64,000 nucleotides of DNA from Actinomycetota bacterium. GTDB lineage: Bacteria; Actinomycetota; Actinomycetes; Actinomycetales; Dermatophilaceae. A program made the translations under genes and the position numbers. Positions 61,311 to 64,000 of this stretch are shown piece after piece. Under the pieces are notes generated by a model. It made no database searches. It saw nothing but the letters and a program-made list of their open reading frames with translations, and was not told the DNA's origin. Positions within the stretch are counted from its first letter, which is position 1; each line of letters starts with the position of its first letter. The stretch covers positions 41,669-105,668 of the forward strand of contig JAIUNK010000011.1 in NCBI GenBank assembly GCA_020161845.1. Reading direction: 5' to 3'.

Positions 61311-63032
61311 TCAGGACGTCGGCCGGTAGCCCGTTCCGGATCGCTGGATCGGCGCCCGCACGTCGTACCGCAGCGGCGCACTCACCGAGCCGCCCGGCGT
61401 CGTGACCACGAGCGTCGTCGCCCCGGCGGTCCCGGCCGGAACGGTGAGCAGCAGCGAGGTGTCGGCGGCGGAGACGATCGTGGCGGCCCGCCCGCCGATC
61501 GTCGCGGTCGCCTCGGCCAGGTTCGTGCCCGTGACCGCGATGGTGTCCCCGCCCCGGGTCCGTACGACCGATGGCTGCACGGCGGTCAGGGTGGGTGCGC
61601 GCAGCGGCTGAGGACGAACGGCGGCGACGGCCGCCGCGGCGTCCAGAATGCCCGACCCGAAACCCGTGGCGGTGCCGGGGAACGGCGCAGCCGTGCGGAC
61701 CAGGATGTCGCGGACCTGCGCCGCCGTCAGGGTGGGAGCGAGCGACCAGACCAGGGCCGCGACCGCCGAGACGTGCGGCGTCGCCATCGAGGTGCCGCTG
61801 CGGGCCAGGACGGTCCATCCGGTGGGGTCGGCGCGTCGTGTGCCGGAGTTGCCCAACGAGTAGATGGTGGAGCCCGGCGCCGACAGCGCCACGGCCGCGC
61901 CGCTGTTCGCATAAGGTGCCGTGACCCCGGAGGGCATCGTTGCCCCCACCACCAGGACGCCGCGACAGTTGGCCGGGGTGTAGTCGGCCACGTCGGCGGC
62001 GTCATTGCCCGCCGCCACGATCACCAGGGCACCCCGGGCGGTGGCCTGGTCGATGGCCCGTTGCTCCATGGGGTTGCACGAGCCGGGCCCGCTCAGCGAG
62101 AGGTTGACGATCTTGGCGGGATTGGGGTTGGCGGGTACGCCGGGAACCGCGCCCCCCACCGCCCACACGAGCGCGTCGGTGATGTCGGTATCGGTGCCGC
62201 CGCAGCGGCCGAGTGCCCGCACCGGCAGGAGGCGCGCCCCGGGAGCGATCCCGGCGATTCCGGTGGAGTTGCCGACCAGCGCGGCGATCGTGCCCGCCAC
62301 ATGGATCCCGTGCCAGGACGAGTTGCGCAGGGTCGGGTCCTCGCAGGCGCCGTACGGCGTCCAGTCACCCGCATCGGTCGCGTCGGCATCCCGGCCGGTG
62401 CCGTCCAGGGCGTAGTCGGGGTCGGAGATGAAGTCGTACCCGGGCAGGTACTGACCGCGCAGATCGGGATGCGGCAGCGAACCCGTGTCGATGACCGCGA
62501 CGGTCACCCCGGCCCCGCGGCTGGTCGTCCACGCCTGGGGCACCCCGATCGCGGCGAGGTCCCACTGCCCGGGATAGCCCGGGTCGTCGGGGTCCGTCGC
62601 GGGAAAGAGGCGACGCTCCGCGACGGCGTACTCCACTCCCGGCTGCGCGGCGAGCGCTGTCGCCGAGGCGACCGGGTCACCCTGGACCGTCAGCACCGTC
62701 GCGCCGGTGGCCGTCGTCGCCGCGACCGACCCGGCGGTTCCGGCCGACTCCGCGGCGCGCCGCGCCCGCTCCGGCAGGCCGCGGGGTGCGCCCGGAGCGG
62801 TGGCGTCGGCGAGTTGGACGACGACGCGGCCGGTGTATTCGGGCTGCCGCGGCGTACGGCCGGGCACCGGAGTCGGAGCTGTCGCTGGCGCCGCGGCTGC
62901 GTCGTGGCCGGGCGCCGCGGTTGCGTCGTGGCCGGGCGCCGGTGGGGCTGCCGAGGCCGGCATCATGCCGGCGGTCGCGGCCAGCGCCCCGGAGCAGATG
63001 GCGACCGTGGCGACCCAGCGCCGTACCGACAT
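61311..63032 (-). CDS. Secreted subtilisin-like S8 serine peptidase with C-terminal IPT/TIG-like domain
   Basis: Signal peptide; VAVIDTG (Asp), SWHGIHVAG (His), AAGN, SGTSMATPH (Ser); AAGGAG SD. Confidence 0.93.
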   Translation of the reverse strand: MSVRRWVATVAICSGALAATAGMMPASAAPPAPGHDATAAPGHDAAAAPATAPTPVPGRTPRQPEYTGRVVVQLADATAPGAPRGLPERARRAAESAGTAGSVAATTATGATVLTVQGDPVASATALAAQPGVEYAVAERRLFPATDPDDPGYPGQWDLAAIGVPQAWTTSRGAGVTVAVIDTGSLPHPDLRGQYLPGYDFISDPDYALDGTGRDADATDAGDWTPYGACEDPTLRNSSWHGIHVAGTIAALVGNSTGIAGIAPGARLLPVRALGRCGGTDTDITDALVWAVGGAVPGVPANPNPAKIVNLSLSGPGSCNPMEQRAIDQATARGALVIVAAGNDAADVADYTPANCRGVLVVGATMPSGVTAPYANSGAAVALSAPGSTIYSLGNSGTRRADPTGWTVLARSGTSMATPHVSAVAALVWSLAPTLTAAQVRDILVRTAAPFPGTATGFGSGILDAAAAVAAVRPQPLRAPTLTAVQPSVVRTRGGDTIAVTGTNLAEATATIGGRAATIVSAADTSLLLTVPAGTAGATTLVVTTPGGSVSAPLRYDVRAPIQRSGTGYRPTS

Positions 63033-63097
63033 GACCGCTCCTTCCGCGGCGCGCCCGCCGGGGATGTGTTCCGCCCGGCGTCGCGTGACGAGGCCCC

Positions 63098-63123
63098 ATC
63101 GGCCCGCTGGTTCGGCTCCTGAG
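63098..63123 (-). promoter_or_regulatory. Putative sigma28 (FliA/WhiG-type) promoter of the S8 protease
   Basis: Minus strand CTCA-N16-GCCGAT. Confidence 0.55.
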
Positions 63124-63157
63124 CCGCTGGGTCGTGATCGCCCGTGCCGCACCGAGG

Positions 63158-64000
63158 TTACCGCCCCGCCCCCCGATATCGGCCCCCGGACCTGCCGGGG
63201 CCACGTGGTGAATTTGCCGGGCCGCCAATCTGGTTCGCTGTCCGCGAGGTGGTTCCGAGGGGAGCCTGTCGACGGCCGTCGTCGGTCGGGGCCAGCCCGC
63301 CCTGGCAGGACGGGCAATAGAACATGGTGCGATCGCGCGGCGGAGGTCCGATCGGCCACACGCGCACGGCCGTTCCGCAGCGCAGACAGGGCAGACCGGA
63401 GCGGCCGTGCACCCACGTCTGCGCGCCGCGCCGCCGGGAGCCGGTCGTGGACTGGACGGCGTGCTCGACGTTCGCCCGCAGGAGTCGGCAGGCGCGCTCG
63501 AGCAGGGCGGCCGTGGTCTGCTCGGTCAAGGCGCCGACCGGGGTCCACGGCTGGATGCCGTCCAGGAACAGCGATTCCGCGGCATACATGGTGCCGATCC
63601 CGGCCACATTGCGTTGGTCCAGCAGAGCCTCCCCGACGGTGCGGCTGAGGTCGGCGCGGACATTGGCCAGCGCCGTCGCTGCGTCCCAGTCGGGGCCCAG
63701 CAGGTCCGGGCCCAAGTGGCCGACGAGGCTCGGCTCGGCCTCCGTACGGATCGCGTCCAACATGCCGAGCCGTACGCCGAGACAGACCCACTCGTCACCG
63801 CCGACCACGGCCCGGATGGTCGGTGCCGACACCCGGGCCGCGGTGGCCTCGCGCGCCGGCAGGACCCGCCATGAACCGTCCATGCGAAGGTGCGAGTGGA
63901 TCGTCCAGCCGCCCTGGAGCCGGTGCAGCACATGTTTGCCGCGGGACACCACCTCCAGGGTGTCCCGGCCGGTCAGATCGAGCGTGGCGGCCTCGCCCCA
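63158..64000 (-). CDS. nei: Fpg/Nei-family DNA glycosylase (5' end outside the window)
   Basis: RGKH.L, SHLRMDG.W, LGPDLL, LLDQRNVAGIG..YAAE.LF (H2TH), C..CG...FYCPSCQ zinc finger. Confidence 0.93.
   Translation of the reverse strand, partial: WGEAATLDLTGRDTLEVVSRGKHVLHRLQGGWTIHSHLRMDGSWRVLPAREATAARVSAPTIRAVVGGDEWVCLGVRLGMLDAIRTEAEPSLVGHLGPDLLGPDWDAATALANVRADLSRTVGEALLDQRNVAGIGTMYAAESLFLDGIQPWTPVGALTEQTTAALLERACRLLRANVEHAVQSTTGSRRRGAQTWVHGRSGLPCLRCGTAVRVWPIGPPPRDRTMFYCPSCQGGLAPTDDGRRQAPLGTTSRTANQIGGPANSPRGPGRSGGRYRGAGR

Overview
High-GC actinobacterial chromosomal segment. The gene order tig-clpP-clpP-clpX...valS...ileS-folC-DUF4233-ndk...rpsO-pnp...dapB...thyA...rnj-ftsK...rimO-pgsA-cinA-clgR is the conserved actinomycete backbone. 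A chemoreceptor and sigma28-like promoters suggest a motile member of the Micrococcales (Dermatophilaceae-like; inference only). Accessory blocks in the backbone: three complete type II toxin-antitoxin pairs plus an orphan antitoxin fragment, glcDEF and a second GlcD-like oxidase, a GltD-like/PFOR(nifJ)/DHOD-like operon, SatP and CstA/YbdD transporters, AzlCD, and several secreted or lipoprotein peptidase-like genes. No rRNA, tRNA, CRISPR array, IS or prophage was recognised. The best candidate for an undescribed system is a translationally coupled operon at 33082-35716 (minus strand): a 100-aa peptide made of 19 D-x-G-A repeats, a NO66/YcfD-like JmjC 2OG-Fe(II) protein hydroxylase and a sucrase/ferredoxin-like [2Fe-2S] protein, followed by an APH-fold kinase. 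It resembles a RiPP-like or metal-binding peptide modification system. Also notable: a 26-bp tandem repeat between thyA and folA that forms a chain of AUGA-coupled mini-ORFs, a dispersed 70-bp palindromic element, a candidate sigma28 regulon (MCP, CAP protein, S8 protease), a ClgR box upstream of clpP and an ileS T-box. All calls come from reading the sequence and the supplied ORF track; no searches were run.
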